A model generated the notes under the pieces. The model was not told the DNA's origin and did no database searches. It worked only from the letters and a program-made list of their open reading frames with translations. The position numbers and the translations under genes are program-made. Of a stretch of 64,000 bases of DNA, positions 11,803 to 21,436 are shown in pieces; positions within the stretch are counted from its first letter, which is position 1, and every line of letters starts with the position of its first letter. Location: the NCBI GenBank assembly GCA_041937175.2, contig CP166615.1, forward strand, positions 4,096,001 to 4,160,000, given 5' to 3'. This DNA comes from Limnothrix sp. BL-A-16 (lineage in GTDB: Bacteria > Cyanobacteriota > Cyanobacteriia > CACIAM-69d).

Positions 11803-13071
11803 TTATCGCCCTTCTAGGGAAAAAGAGGTGAAAGCTGGCTGTTGTGGGGAGCTTTGTAAAACAGCTTCGTAATCCTGGGCGGCCTGATCCCAGCTAAAGT
11901 CGCGCTCCACGTAGGCTCGGGCCGCTTGGGAGAGTTGGGCCCGCAACTCCGTAGATTCCCACAACCGACCGATGGCGGCAATGTATTCAGCGGGTTGGTT
12001 GGCCCGCAAGGCTAAGGGGGGGTGGTCGATCGTCAGGCCCTCTAGTCCCCGATCGCTCCCCACGACGGGTACGCCGGCCGCCATGGCCTCGATGGTTTTG
12101 TTTTTGATGCCCAGCCCGGTGCGCAGGGGCACGACGCAAACGGAGGCCCGATGCAGCTCGGCGGCCATGGAATCCACAGGGCCGGTGACGACTACGCCGG
12201 GTCGATCGCCCAGGGCCAACACCTCAGTGCTGGGCCGGGCCCCCACAATCCGAAAGGTGGCGGCGGGATAGGTCGATCGCAGCGGCGGTAGGACGGCATT
12301 CACAAAAAACTTCACCGCATCGATGTTGTGGGTGGCATCCATCGCGCCCACAAACACCAATTCATAGCCCCCGGGATCCCGATCGCGCGGCGGAAACAGG
12401 GCCAAGTCCACCCCGTTGGGAATGACGAAACCGGGCACTTGGGGCGCAAATTGGGCCATGTAGTCCCGATCGTCGGGGGTGGTGGTGACGATCGCGCTGA
12501 ATTTGTTGGCGTAGCGGCGCTCGTAGCGGGCGAGCAAGGGTAAATACAGCCAATCGCGTGTGGGGTGGGGGGATGCACCCAAATCCAGATGCCCCTTGGC
12601 CCAACCGTAAACGGAACTGTGGACATCCACAATCGATCGTAGGTTGGGGTAGCGTTGCTGCCAATCGGGCCGCACATAGATTTCATTCACACTGTGCTCG
12701 CAGGTGACCACATCAAAGCGATCGGCCGCAATTTGTTGATCAATCCAAGCCTGCATCGGCCGCGAAAAGCGATGCAACACATTGGGCGGTGTGCCCCTCA
12801 GCCAAGATTGCCCAAACCGCTTCACCTTGCGGGCCAACTGGCGCGGACTGCGGCTGGCGGCCGGATCCGGCGGCAGCGGAAACACCATCACTTCCTGAAC
12901 AGTTGCCCGGAGCGCGGCCAGATGGTCATCGGTGACACTGGGATGGCGCTGGGTGGCAATGGTGACCGCGTGGCGCTGGGCCAAGCGGGCCAGCAGGTTG
13001 TAAGTGCGAATTTCCGTGCCGCCTTTGCTGGGCGGATAAGGAAAGGTAGAAGAAATAGCTAAAATTCTCAT
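11803..13071 (-). CDS. Glycosyltransferase family 4 (GT-B) protein
   Basis: Starts MRILAISSTFPYPP; has IPNGVD and GIKNKTIEAMAAGVPVV. Confidence 0.9.
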   Translation of the reverse strand: MRILAISSTFPYPPSKGGTEIRTYNLLARLAQRHAVTIATQRHPSVTDDHLAALRATVQEVMVFPLPPDPAASRSPRQLARKVKRFGQSWLRGTPPNVLHRFSRPMQAWIDQQIAADRFDVVTCEHSVNEIYVRPDWQQRYPNLRSIVDVHSSVYGWAKGHLDLGASPHPTRDWLYLPLLARYERRYANKFSAIVTTTPDDRDYMAQFAPQVPGFVIPNGVDLALFPPRDRDPGGYELVFVGAMDATHNIDAVKFFVNAVLPPLRSTYPAATFRIVGARPSTEVLALGDRPGVVVTGPVDSMAAELHRASVCVVPLRTGLGIKNKTIEAMAAGVPVVGSDRGLEGLTIDHPPLALRANQPAEYIAAIGRLWESTELRAQLSQAARAYVERDFSWDQAAQDYEAVLQSSPQQPAFTSFSLEGR

Positions 13072-13105
13072 GGCGATCGCCCCGTAATTCCCGTCGCTGC
13101 CCCCC

Positions 13106-14116
13106 ATGACCGACGCTTGCTCAAAACCCACCATTCTTGTGACCGGCGGCGCTGGCTACATCGGCTCCCATACCGTTCTAGCGCTTCAACAGGCCGGCTA
13201 TCCGGTGGTTGTGCTGGATAATTTGGGCTACGGCCACCGCGAGATTGTGGAATCGGTGCTGAAGGCTGAGTTGATTGTGGGTGATATTGGCGATCGGCCC
13301 CTGCTCGATCGACTCTTTGCCCAGCGCCAGATTGGAGCAGTGCTGCACTTTGCCGCCTACATTGCCGTGGGCGAGTCCGTCGCCGATCCCGCCAAATACT
13401 ATCGCAACAACGTGGTGGGAACCCTGACCCTGTTGGAAGCCATGGTGGCGGCCCAAGTGCCCCATTTCGTGTTTTCCTCCACGGCGGCTACCTATGGCGT
13501 ACCCCAAACCCCGAAAATTGCCGAAGATCATCCCCAACTGCCGATTAATCCCTACGGAGAGTCTAAATTAACCGTCGAGCGCATGTTGCGGGATTTTGAT
13601 CTGGCCTATGGATTGCGATCGGTCATCTTCCGCTACTTCAACGCCGCCGGAGCCGATCCCTCCGGCAACCTGGGCGAAGATCACCAGCCGGAAACCCATC
13701 TAATTCCCCTGATTTTGCTGGCGGCCCTGGGCCAGCGGGACAACATCGCCATTTTCGGCACAGATTACCCCACCCCCGATGGCACTTGCATTCGGGATTA
13801 TGTCCATGTGAACGACTTGGCCCACGCCCATGTGTTGGGGTTGGAATATTTGCTGAACGGCGGTGAATCTACGGCATTTAATTTGGGCAATGGCAACGGA
13901 TTTTCCGTGAAGGAAACGATCGCCGCTGCTCGCCAGGTGACCCAACGCCCGATCGTTGTGGTGGAGCGCGATCGTCGGGCCGGCGATCCGCCCGTGTTGG
14001 TCAGCAGCAGCGATCGGGCCCAAGCCGTTTTGGGCTGGCAACCGGAATACCCGGATTTAGAGGCGATCGTGTCCCATGCTTGGCACTGGCATCAACGCCG
14101 CCACGGCACTGAATAA
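13106..14116 (+). CDS. galE: UDP-glucose 4-epimerase
   Basis: VTGGAGYIGSH, FSSTAATYG, catalytic YGESK, RYFNAAGA, DGTCIRDYVHV. Confidence 0.95.
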   Translation: MTDACSKPTILVTGGAGYIGSHTVLALQQAGYPVVVLDNLGYGHREIVESVLKAELIVGDIGDRPLLDRLFAQRQIGAVLHFAAYIAVGESVADPAKYYRNNVVGTLTLLEAMVAAQVPHFVFSSTAATYGVPQTPKIAEDHPQLPINPYGESKLTVERMLRDFDLAYGLRSVIFRYFNAAGADPSGNLGEDHQPETHLIPLILLAALGQRDNIAIFGTDYPTPDGTCIRDYVHVNDLAHAHVLGLEYLLNGGESTAFNLGNGNGFSVKETIAAARQVTQRPIVVVERDRRAGDPPVLVSSSDRAQAVLGWQPEYPDLEAIVSHAWHWHQRRHGTE

Positions 14117-14258
14117 CGCCACCACGTCTTCACTGCTTCAACTCATGGTTGTGTGAAATAGTTGTGGCAGATCACCCTTACTTCCTCAGTCTGGGTGGCG
14201 TACTACAATTGAAATAACCAAATGGCAGAGGTTCCTTGCCTTAATATCAGTGTCCTAA

Positions 14259-14385
14259 GAGGATGTCTGAGAAGTATCTTTCAGTACGGGTCAAGCATCA
14301 ATTATCGTGGAAGGGGCTTAAGCCCCTTGTTTGCGTTGGTTGCTGGAGCGTACAGAGTAGCAATTTTGGCTTTTCAGACATCCTT
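14259..14385. mobile_element. MITE shell A (~127 bp) with central REP-like palindrome
   Basis: TIRs AGGATGTCTGAGAAG (14260-14274) and CTTTTCAGACATCCT (14370-14384) match at 14/15. TAA lies on both sides (14256-58, 14386-88). Internal AAGGGGCTTAAGCCCCTT. Confidence 0.75.
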
Positions 14386-14500
14386 TAAGGCTCTGTTTCG
14401 GATCACTTCTTGGATCACTTTCCTGCTTAAACCAGCAATATTAGGATCAACAATCTCAGCCCTATAAAACAAACTAAATAAAAACTAGGAAGTGTAAATT

Positions 14501-15253
14501 ATGAACACCGTAACAAAGTCTTCAATTGAATCCCTGGCCTCAGTTAATTCAGGATTGGTGAACTTCAAACAGCTTGATTGGCAATTCTTAGAAAAACTAT
14601 TCCATACTGGTCATGATCAATCAATCTCAAGAGATCTTGAGCGTGATTTATTGGAACTTTTAGAAATTTCCCAAAAGATCAACCGAACCAAGACCCTTGC
14701 CAAGAAACTAGATTTATTTGTTTCTCAATATCGAATTCTGTTTAAGCAAATTCGCTTGAAATATGATGGAATTCTTTCGGAATTTTCTTTACAAGACCTA
14801 AAGGCATATGAAAAACAAATGGACGGAGTTTATCAACTTCTAATTATACATGGCTTGATTTTATCCTCTCTGGAGTCTTCAAGATCAGAACTCGAAAAAT
14901 ACCAAATTTTATACACAGGACTAATCCAGCTATCATCCTGGGTGGATAATTATTCGATCTATTTCTCCAATGAATCTATTGAGCAAGTGGAGTCTATTGC
15001 ACAAGCTATTTTAGTGGATCAAGATTTGCAACCGAAGCCTGAAATCGAAAATGATCAGCCTGAAGCCCAATCATATTTACTGGCTTTGAGTAATACTGCT
15101 CATTCGATTCTTCATAAACTTGAAGATTCTGATCAACGACAGAGGAAGTTGTATGGGGAACTGACAGAAGAATCTGTTTTTTTAAAAGAAATTCAGATCA
15201 AAAATAATCAAAAATTAATGATTTGGCTGTCTCAAAAGCTCAATCAGAGCTAA
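14501..15253 (+). CDS. Hypothetical helical protein, possible antitoxin for the downstream PIN protein
   Basis: 250-aa AT-rich ORF lying 43 bp upstream of a PIN gene; no recognisable catalytic motif. Confidence 0.6.
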   Translation: MNTVTKSSIESLASVNSGLVNFKQLDWQFLEKLFHTGHDQSISRDLERDLLELLEISQKINRTKTLAKKLDLFVSQYRILFKQIRLKYDGILSEFSLQDLKAYEKQMDGVYQLLIIHGLILSSLESSRSELEKYQILYTGLIQLSSWVDNYSIYFSNESIEQVESIAQAILVDQDLQPKPEIENDQPEAQSYLLALSNTAHSILHKLEDSDQRQRKLYGELTEESVFLKEIQIKNNQKLMIWLSQKLNQS

Positions 15254-15296
15254 ATGATGAATTGCGGGCTTAAAACGTTGTCAATATTTGGCTTGA

Positions 15297-15758
15297 ATGA
15301 TCATTATCCTAGATTCAAATATCCTTGGATTCCTGACTAATCAAAACTCGCAATCAAATATGATTCGCCAGTGTCAAGAGTGGCTATATAAAGTGGTATC
15401 TCGCGGACACTTGGTCTACTCATCGGATATTTGCGATTACGAACTGAGGCGCGAGTTACTACGAATCAATAGCCAAGAAAGTATTCAAGAGTTGGATCGC
15501 CTCCGGGCAGAAGGATTAATCACCTTTCTGACAGTTGATATTCATGACTTAAGGATAGCGGCTGATCTTTGGTCAAACTCTAGAAAAGCGGGAAAGCCTA
15601 ATAAGGATCAGAAAAATATTGACGTGGACTGCATTCTGTCTGCACAATGTCTCAATCTGAAGAAGCAATTTCCTGGTCATAGGGTTGTGCTTGCCACTAT
15701 GAATCTAAAAGACTTTGAAGAGATGATTGATTGTGCATTGTGGGCAGATATTGGATAG
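15297..15758 (+). CDS. PIN-domain (VapC-like) ribonuclease toxin
   Basis: IIILDSNIL, ICDYELRREL, IDVDCILSAQ and ATMNLKDF carry the PIN acidic residues. Confidence 0.85.
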   Translation: MIIILDSNILGFLTNQNSQSNMIRQCQEWLYKVVSRGHLVYSSDICDYELRRELLRINSQESIQELDRLRAEGLITFLTVDIHDLRIAADLWSNSRKAGKPNKDQKNIDVDCILSAQCLNLKKQFPGHRVVLATMNLKDFEEMIDCALWADIG

Positions 15759-16018
15759 CTTCTGATAACTTTAAAAAGAGGGTCACAATTTGAAAATGAG
15801 TGCTGTATTGACTCTATCAATTCTGGCCAATTAAAATGAATTGAACGTTAGTTCGAGTTAGCGCCACCATGCTCACTGATAGAAAATAGAAAGTTGAGAG
15901 GACAAATATTGACCTGCCCTCTCAATTTAGAAACTTCAAGAAAACAAGATGCTGACTAATTGAAGTCCCAAAGGAAGCTCATCTTCTATTTTTGCCCAGG
16001 CAATAATCGTGGTGTTGG

Positions 16019-17086
16019 TCAAGATTTTGTTGCTTGACACAACAGCAGTCCAAACCATTGCTGCGGATCGCTCCAGGTTTTGACGGTGGTGAGGCCGCGC
16101 TCTGCGAGTTGTTGGGGCAAGCGATCGAGCCGGAATTTGCGGGAAATTTCGGTCAAAATCGACTCGCCTGCTTGGAAGTTCACGGCAAAATCTAGGCGAT
16201 CGAACTGCACTCGGCAATCGCGGTGACAATTGAGATACATCTCAATTTGCGAGTCTGCGGTGTTATAAACCGCTTCATGACTAAAGGCATCGAGATCAAA
16301 ATTGCCCCCAAAACGCCGGTTCAAATGGGCCAGCATGTTCAAGTTGAAGGCGGCCGTCACTCCCTGAGCATCGTTATAGGCCGCCTTGAGGATTTCCAAG
16401 TCTTTTTCAAGGTCAACCCCTAACAGGAAATAGTCACCGGGCTTGAGCGATTGGGCCACACGATCAACAAAGCTGTCGAAGTCTGCGGGGGAGAAATTAC
16501 CCATCGAACTGCCCAGGAAAAACAACAGGCGCGATCGCTCATTGCTGTGGGCTAAATAGTCCAAAGCTTGGTCATAGGTTCCCAACAGTCCCTGGATCCA
16601 AAACTCGGGATATTGTGATTGCAGTTGCACCACGCTGCTATGCAAAATGCCGCCACTAATATCCACCGGGAGATAGTGGCAAGTGTCGGGGCGATCGGCC
16701 CAGAGCGATCGATAGGCATCCAACAGTAAGCGAGTTTTGGTGGAACTGCCGCTGCCCAATTCAATCAGCTCATGGCTGTCGGTGATCGCAGCAATTTCGG
16801 TGGCATAGGTTTGCAAAATCCAAGCTTCTGTACGGGTTGGATAATATTCCGGAAGCTGGCAAATGTCCTCAAAGAGTTGCGATCCCCGATCGTCATAGAA
16901 ATACTTGGGAGACAACTGTTTAGGAGTTTGGCTCAAGCCTTGAATCACCTCTGCGCCTTCTGGGGCGGCGGGGGCGTGGCTGTGATCCAAAACAATGATC
17001 GCTCCCGATCGAATATCCGCATCAACCATTTCAGCGGCGTTTACAGGGCGCGATTGAACAGACGAAGACCGGCTTTCTAGTGGCAT
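16019..17086 (-). CDS. egtD: L-histidine N-alpha-methyltransferase
   Basis: PKYFYDDRGSQLFEDICQLPEYYPTRTE, SAM motif ELGSGSSTKT, AYNDAQGVTAAFNLN, TEISRKF. Confidence 0.93.
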   Translation of the reverse strand: MPLESRSSSVQSRPVNAAEMVDADIRSGAIIVLDHSHAPAAPEGAEVIQGLSQTPKQLSPKYFYDDRGSQLFEDICQLPEYYPTRTEAWILQTYATEIAAITDSHELIELGSGSSTKTRLLLDAYRSLWADRPDTCHYLPVDISGGILHSSVVQLQSQYPEFWIQGLLGTYDQALDYLAHSNERSRLLFFLGSSMGNFSPADFDSFVDRVAQSLKPGDYFLLGVDLEKDLEILKAAYNDAQGVTAAFNLNMLAHLNRRFGGNFDLDAFSHEAVYNTADSQIEMYLNCHRDCRVQFDRLDFAVNFQAGESILTEISRKFRLDRLPQQLAERGLTTVKTWSDPQQWFGLLLCQATKS

Positions 17087-18585
17087 AAATCACTTGTTCC
17101 TTGGGCAATCCGAAAGCCCACATGTTGATAGAAATGAGGTCGGAACCAATTGCGATAGGATGGCAGAGCCATGGAGCCATTGGTGGCCCAAGAACCACCC
17201 AGCATCATGCGGTGATCTTCATCAAAAAAAGGTGCTGACTGATCCTCATAAAGGGGATGAGGTTCAAAGCCCGGTAATGGATTAAAGGCATCAGCAATCC
17301 ATTCCCAAACATTGCCTCGCAAATCCGCAAGCCCTTGGGCGATCGCCCGGTTTGAATTCACGGCTCGGGGCGAGATCGATTGCCAGTGCAAATTGGGAGG
17401 CAATTCAGCAATGGGGCCTGAGTTTTGCCCAAAATCTTTCCCGAAAGCTTGCCCAAAATCTTGATCTAGATCTTGGATTAAAGGGCGGTTGAAGTGGGAA
17501 TCTGTTGGCTGATTCCAAGGCTGAAAATCATGACTTTGAGTAGGGTTTTGTGCCTCTGTGGTTGACCACTGCAATGCACGATTCCATTCCGCCTCGCTGA
17601 GCAGTCGCACGCCTTTACCCTTCCAGCAACAGAAGGCGATCGCCTCGTAATAGTTCACCTCTGCGGGCCAGGCGAGGGGTAAATCACATTCAAAAAAGGT
17701 CGATCGATACCGGTAGTGATCTTCTTGCGGAATCCAAAACTTGGGATGGGAAACCTGGTAAGTTTCGCGCCATTGCCAACCCTCTGCTGACCAGTAGGCG
17801 GCGTTTTGGTAGCCGCCGGCTGCCACGAACTCTTGATACTCTTGGTTGGTGATGAGGAACTGGCTCGCCCAAAAGCTGGGCACTTCCACTTCTCGGTGGC
17901 CATATTCACTATCCCAACCATAGGTGTGATCGGCTGGGGATTTGCCAAGGGTGACTGTGCCGCCGGGAATCCGGCGCATGAAATTTTGCGGTGCGGGCAA
18001 ATCCGTTGGGGCGATCGACCAATCGGCCGGACATCGCAGGCGATCGAGTGGTAATTGGCGCAACAACATCGAAGAGGTTTCAATGTGAATCCGTTGATGT
18101 TCGATCGCCATCAACAGGGCCCAAAGGGGATGTTTGGGGTGAATAGGCAGTTCAAAATCAGCAGTTAAGATGATTTGCTTGATCGCTGCCTTCACCCGAT
18201 CGCGATAGTCCCAAACAGCCGCCACTTCTGGCCATTGAATTTCGCCAATGACGGCATCCAATTCAACAGCAGTGTTAGGGTCAACCCCGATTTCAAACAA
18301 CTGCTCATAGTCCGGGTTCAGCCGTTGCGACCACAGGCCAACTCGCACTAACTTATTGACATAAAAAACCGCTGAATGTCCTAGATAGAAAATCAGCGGG
18401 TTGCGTAGGGGATCTGGTCGTAAATAAAAGGTGGCTGGCTCTGCCAAACTGCTTAGCAGCTTATCTTCTAAAGCCCAGGCATCCTGAAAATAATGCAGCA
18501 GTTCCTGCGAGCAACAACGGTCTAACCGTGGCACAGTTGGGGCTGAATTCATCCGAAGGTCAGCCGGATTGGTTGCAACAGTCAT
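17077..18585 (-). CDS. OvoA-type sulfoxide synthase (DinB-like + FGE-sulfatase domains) lacking the C-terminal methyltransferase
   Basis: LRNPLIFYLGHSAVFYVNKL, FEIGVD, iron motif HQRIHIE, GNVWEW, FRPHFYQHVGFR. The protein ends shortly after the FGE domain. Confidence 0.88.
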   Translation of the reverse strand: MTVATNPADLRMNSAPTVPRLDRCCSQELLHYFQDAWALEDKLLSSLAEPATFYLRPDPLRNPLIFYLGHSAVFYVNKLVRVGLWSQRLNPDYEQLFEIGVDPNTAVELDAVIGEIQWPEVAAVWDYRDRVKAAIKQIILTADFELPIHPKHPLWALLMAIEHQRIHIETSSMLLRQLPLDRLRCPADWSIAPTDLPAPQNFMRRIPGGTVTLGKSPADHTYGWDSEYGHREVEVPSFWASQFLITNQEYQEFVAAGGYQNAAYWSAEGWQWRETYQVSHPKFWIPQEDHYRYRSTFFECDLPLAWPAEVNYYEAIAFCCWKGKGVRLLSEAEWNRALQWSTTEAQNPTQSHDFQPWNQPTDSHFNRPLIQDLDQDFGQAFGKDFGQNSGPIAELPPNLHWQSISPRAVNSNRAIAQGLADLRGNVWEWIADAFNPLPGFEPHPLYEDQSAPFFDEDHRMMLGGSWATNGSMALPSYRNWFRPHFYQHVGFRIAQGTSDLCH

Positions 18586-18865
18586 ATGGCTAGATCACCA
18601 CGACGATTTCAAATGATCTGATCTCCAATGGTTTTAGCATTGGGCAATGGCCCGAGCCATCCCTTGAAAATCAAGACTGAATTTTCCCCATTGCGGTCAA
18701 AACCGATCCAGAAGGATCGGTTGAGGTCACTTGCTTTGCAGTGAGTCTTGCCTAATTAGGATTTCCATGAGACAAGGGCAAAGGCTTGGGGAATTGTGTT
18801 CCCATCCTCAGTCTGATTTTGGATCCTGAAGGGGAACTTCAGCAATTCTTCAGCGTTATGGGATC

Positions 18866-18915
18866 CATTTCTTCACAAAGTGTGATTGAACATTTCTTCA
18901 CAGAGTGTGATTGAA
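18866..18915. repeat. 25-bp tandem duplication containing TCACA-N3-TGTGA
   Basis: CATTTCTTCACA(A/G)AGTGTGATTGAA x2. Confidence 0.8.
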
Positions 18916-19048
18916 ATTCCCTTGAAGAATCGCTGTCCGCAATTCGTTTTACAGATCATGTCTAAGCACCCCTTCCCAAGGTCGATCGGGGCGGCCAGCA
19001 GCATCACAGAAAACGATCAGTCAGATCACTCAACTGTAAAAGCCAAAC

Positions 19049-19714
19049 CTAAAACAGTCCACGGTAGCGTATAAAAACTAACAACGCTGCCCAGGATCCC
19101 AAGGCCACTTTCACGGCTACTAGAAAGTTTAAAACGGGCAATAAACCGCCGCTGGCGAGGGTTCCTAACTCACCGTGGGGCAATTCGTACCCAATTAAGG
19201 TGATGACAGCCAAAGCGATGAAAACAAGGACGGAAATTTTTTCCCAAGTTGCAGCTCGCCAACGCTGATAAAGATTCTGCATCCAGTCCGGTGAAGCGGT
19301 AATGGTCACTAATCCGATCGCAGTGCCCCCCGCCACACCCGCTGCAAAGCCACCTCCGGGGCTGAGGTGACCGCGAATTCCTAGCTCGATCGCGACCAGG
19401 GCAGCAATCGTGGCCCCTAACCGCGCCAGCACGATCGAGGGCTGATCCACCAATCGTTGAATTGAGCAGGATGGATTTTCATTGGCCAATAAAAATTGCG
19501 ATCCCATGATTGCAATTGTAAAGACCACCACCTCAAAAATGGTGTCGTATAACCGATTGCGAAAAATGATCCCCGAAACAGCATTCGGAACCCCGCTGTC
19601 GGTCACCACCGCCTGCACAATTTCAGCCCCAATCACATCTGGTGCGTAGTTGGGAAACAGCACCATTTTGCAATAGAATGCTAAGCCTGCCAGTACATAA
19701 ATCCACTTAATCAT
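19049..19714 (-). CDS. mrpB: Multisubunit Na+/H+ antiporter subunit B
   Basis: PNAVSGIIFRNRLYDTIFEVVVF and GHLSPGGGFAAG. Confidence 0.88.
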   Translation of the reverse strand: MIKWIYVLAGLAFYCKMVLFPNYAPDVIGAEIVQAVVTDSGVPNAVSGIIFRNRLYDTIFEVVVFTIAIMGSQFLLANENPSCSIQRLVDQPSIVLARLGATIAALVAIELGIRGHLSPGGGFAAGVAGGTAIGLVTITASPDWMQNLYQRWRAATWEKISVLVFIALAVITLIGYELPHGELGTLASGGLLPVLNFLVAVKVALGSWAALLVFIRYRGLF

Positions 19715-20442
19715 GAGGGTTTGCGCTCCTGGGTGAGGGTGACATTGGCTGACGAATCAGTTGATAAATTGGCTAATAAATTGGCTGACTGATGCGCTGA
19801 CTGATAACTAATGGTGGCCAAGTCTGACAGGGGCTTTTCCCGCATAATTTCGTAGAGCCGTTGAACTCGGGTGATGAGTTGTGGCTTTTCGGAATTGGGC
19901 TGAGGGGTTGTTGAATCTTCTGGGGCACTTGAGAGACCGAATGTTGGCGCATAAATGGCATGAACTTCCCGATCGCCCAAGGCTCGCTGGAGTGCCGTCA
20001 GGCTGGGATAGGGAACCAATTCAATGCGGAGGTAAAAGGGCTTGAATGTATTTGCTAAACATTCCACGACCGTGGGATCTAATTCCGCATTGGCAGACTC
20101 TTGGGTTAAGTCAGGTGCGTGGGTTTCTGGGTCTAAATGCAGTAAATGAGGCGGGGTAACGATAGTTGGATCTTCTAGATATCCCAACTGCAAAACCAAG
20201 GACGATCGCACGGCAATTGCATACAGTGTAATTGCCAGCAATGTGCCCATGAGTGCTTCCGTTAAAGACACATCAGCAGCACCCAAAATCGCATAAACAG
20301 CCGCCGCCAAAGCGCCCAAAATGCCACGAATCACCAGTGCATGGTAAGGATTCGATTGAAAAATCACCATCGCTGCCGAAAGTGGCAACAGCGCAGTGAT
20401 CACATAAATTGGCAAATCATTAACCCAGTTCAACTCATTCAT
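19711..20442 (-). CDS. DUF4040-domain Mrp subunit (MrpA/B-like fragment)
   Basis: LGAADVSLTEALMG motif. ATG at 20442 overlaps the mrpG stop (ATGA). Confidence 0.8.
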   Translation of the reverse strand: MNELNWVNDLPIYVITALLPLSAAMVIFQSNPYHALVIRGILGALAAAVYAILGAADVSLTEALMGTLLAITLYAIAVRSSLVLQLGYLEDPTIVTPPHLLHLDPETHAPDLTQESANAELDPTVVECLANTFKPFYLRIELVPYPSLTALQRALGDREVHAIYAPTFGLSSAPEDSTTPQPNSEKPQLITRVQRLYEIMREKPLSDLATISYQSAHQSANLLANLSTDSSANVTLTQERKPS

Positions 20443-20735
20443 GGTTGGTCTCCGCTGGTGGAGCAGTAGGCCAAAACATAGCCCAACATGGTGTTCCAAA
20501 CGGCCAAACAAATCATGGCTAAAATGAGCAATGGCCACTCATTGGGAATCTTTAATAGCAACCCAAACACGATCGCCAAAGATCCCAAAGTGTCCGCCAC
20601 CGATAAGCCGTGCAATTTAAAAAGTACCGATCGGCGGGTGAGTAATTGTGTTGTGCCCCAAAACCAAAACACCATCCCACCCACTAAACAAACATTGCTG
20701 ATGCCATCAATCAAAGGCATTTCCGTCCAGGCCAT
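20439..20735 (-). CDS. mrpG: Na+/H+ antiporter subunit G
   Basis: KLHGLSVADTLG, three TM segments, operon position. Confidence 0.85.
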   Translation of the reverse strand: MAWTEMPLIDGISNVCLVGGMVFWFWGTTQLLTRRSVLFKLHGLSVADTLGSLAIVFGLLLKIPNEWPLLILAMICLAVWNTMLGYVLAYCSTSGDQP

Positions 20736-20737
20736 AA

Positions 20738-21016
20738 TTAGGCTTCTCCCATTCGTTTCAAAACGTTAGCCAGCAGCATTAATCCCGCATTGCCCACGCT
20801 CAACACAATCACTGCTACAACCCCGATCGACCAATCATCGCGCTGTACTGAAACCAGCAAAATGGCGATTGAAACCTTGCTGGAAACACTCGATAGGGCC
20901 AACATCTTTTGCCAAACGTCTTCCTCCGTGCAGGCCTTATAAATTGGGATGAGTAAAGCCAAAATAGCCGCAATCAAAATGGCATTGGTCATGGTGAATT
21001 GAGCAACCTGAATCAC
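20738..21016 (-). CDS. mrpF: Na+/H+ antiporter subunit F-like membrane protein
   Basis: Small protein with three TM segments, located between mrpE and mrpG. Confidence 0.7.
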   Translation of the reverse strand: MIQVAQFTMTNAILIAAILALLIPIYKACTEEDVWQKMLALSSVSSKVSIAILLVSVQRDDWSIGVVAVIVLSVGNAGLMLLANVLKRMGEA

Positions 21017-21049
21017 GACGTTGAGCAGTCACGGTGAAGCAATCAAAAC

Positions 21050-21436
21050 CTAGGGATCAATTTTGTGAACGGCATAGCCGGTTTTTTTGTCGTATCGGCA
21101 AACGATGGTTTTGGGGGTGAAGGTAATGAGAAAAATGTCTAAGAAAATCAGTTGAGTTGATCGCCGCTGAGGAACCTGTTCCCAAACAATGCTTTCCCGA
21201 TGATGGGGACGGAGCATGATTTCAATGGATTCGATATAGGCCATGGGAATGGCAGTTGCGATCTTCCAGAAAATGGTGAGCCAATCTTTGAGGCGATCGG
21301 GTGCAAAGGATTGACGCGGCAAAAGCACAGCGACCGCAATCCCGATCGCGAGGTTGACCCCGCTGCCATCGGCTGTTAGCAACAACCAAATCAGAAGGCG
21401 AAATAAAATAATTGCGAGCCGGCCGATCTTTACCAT
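21050..21436 (-). CDS. mrpE: Na+/H+ antiporter subunit E
   Basis: WLLLT N-terminal TM and ITFTPKT (variant of the ITLTPGT motif). Confidence 0.82.
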   Translation of the reverse strand: MVKIGRLAIILFRLLIWLLLTADGSGVNLAIGIAVAVLLPRQSFAPDRLKDWLTIFWKIATAIPMAYIESIEIMLRPHHRESIVWEQVPQRRSTQLIFLDIFLITFTPKTIVCRYDKKTGYAVHKIDP

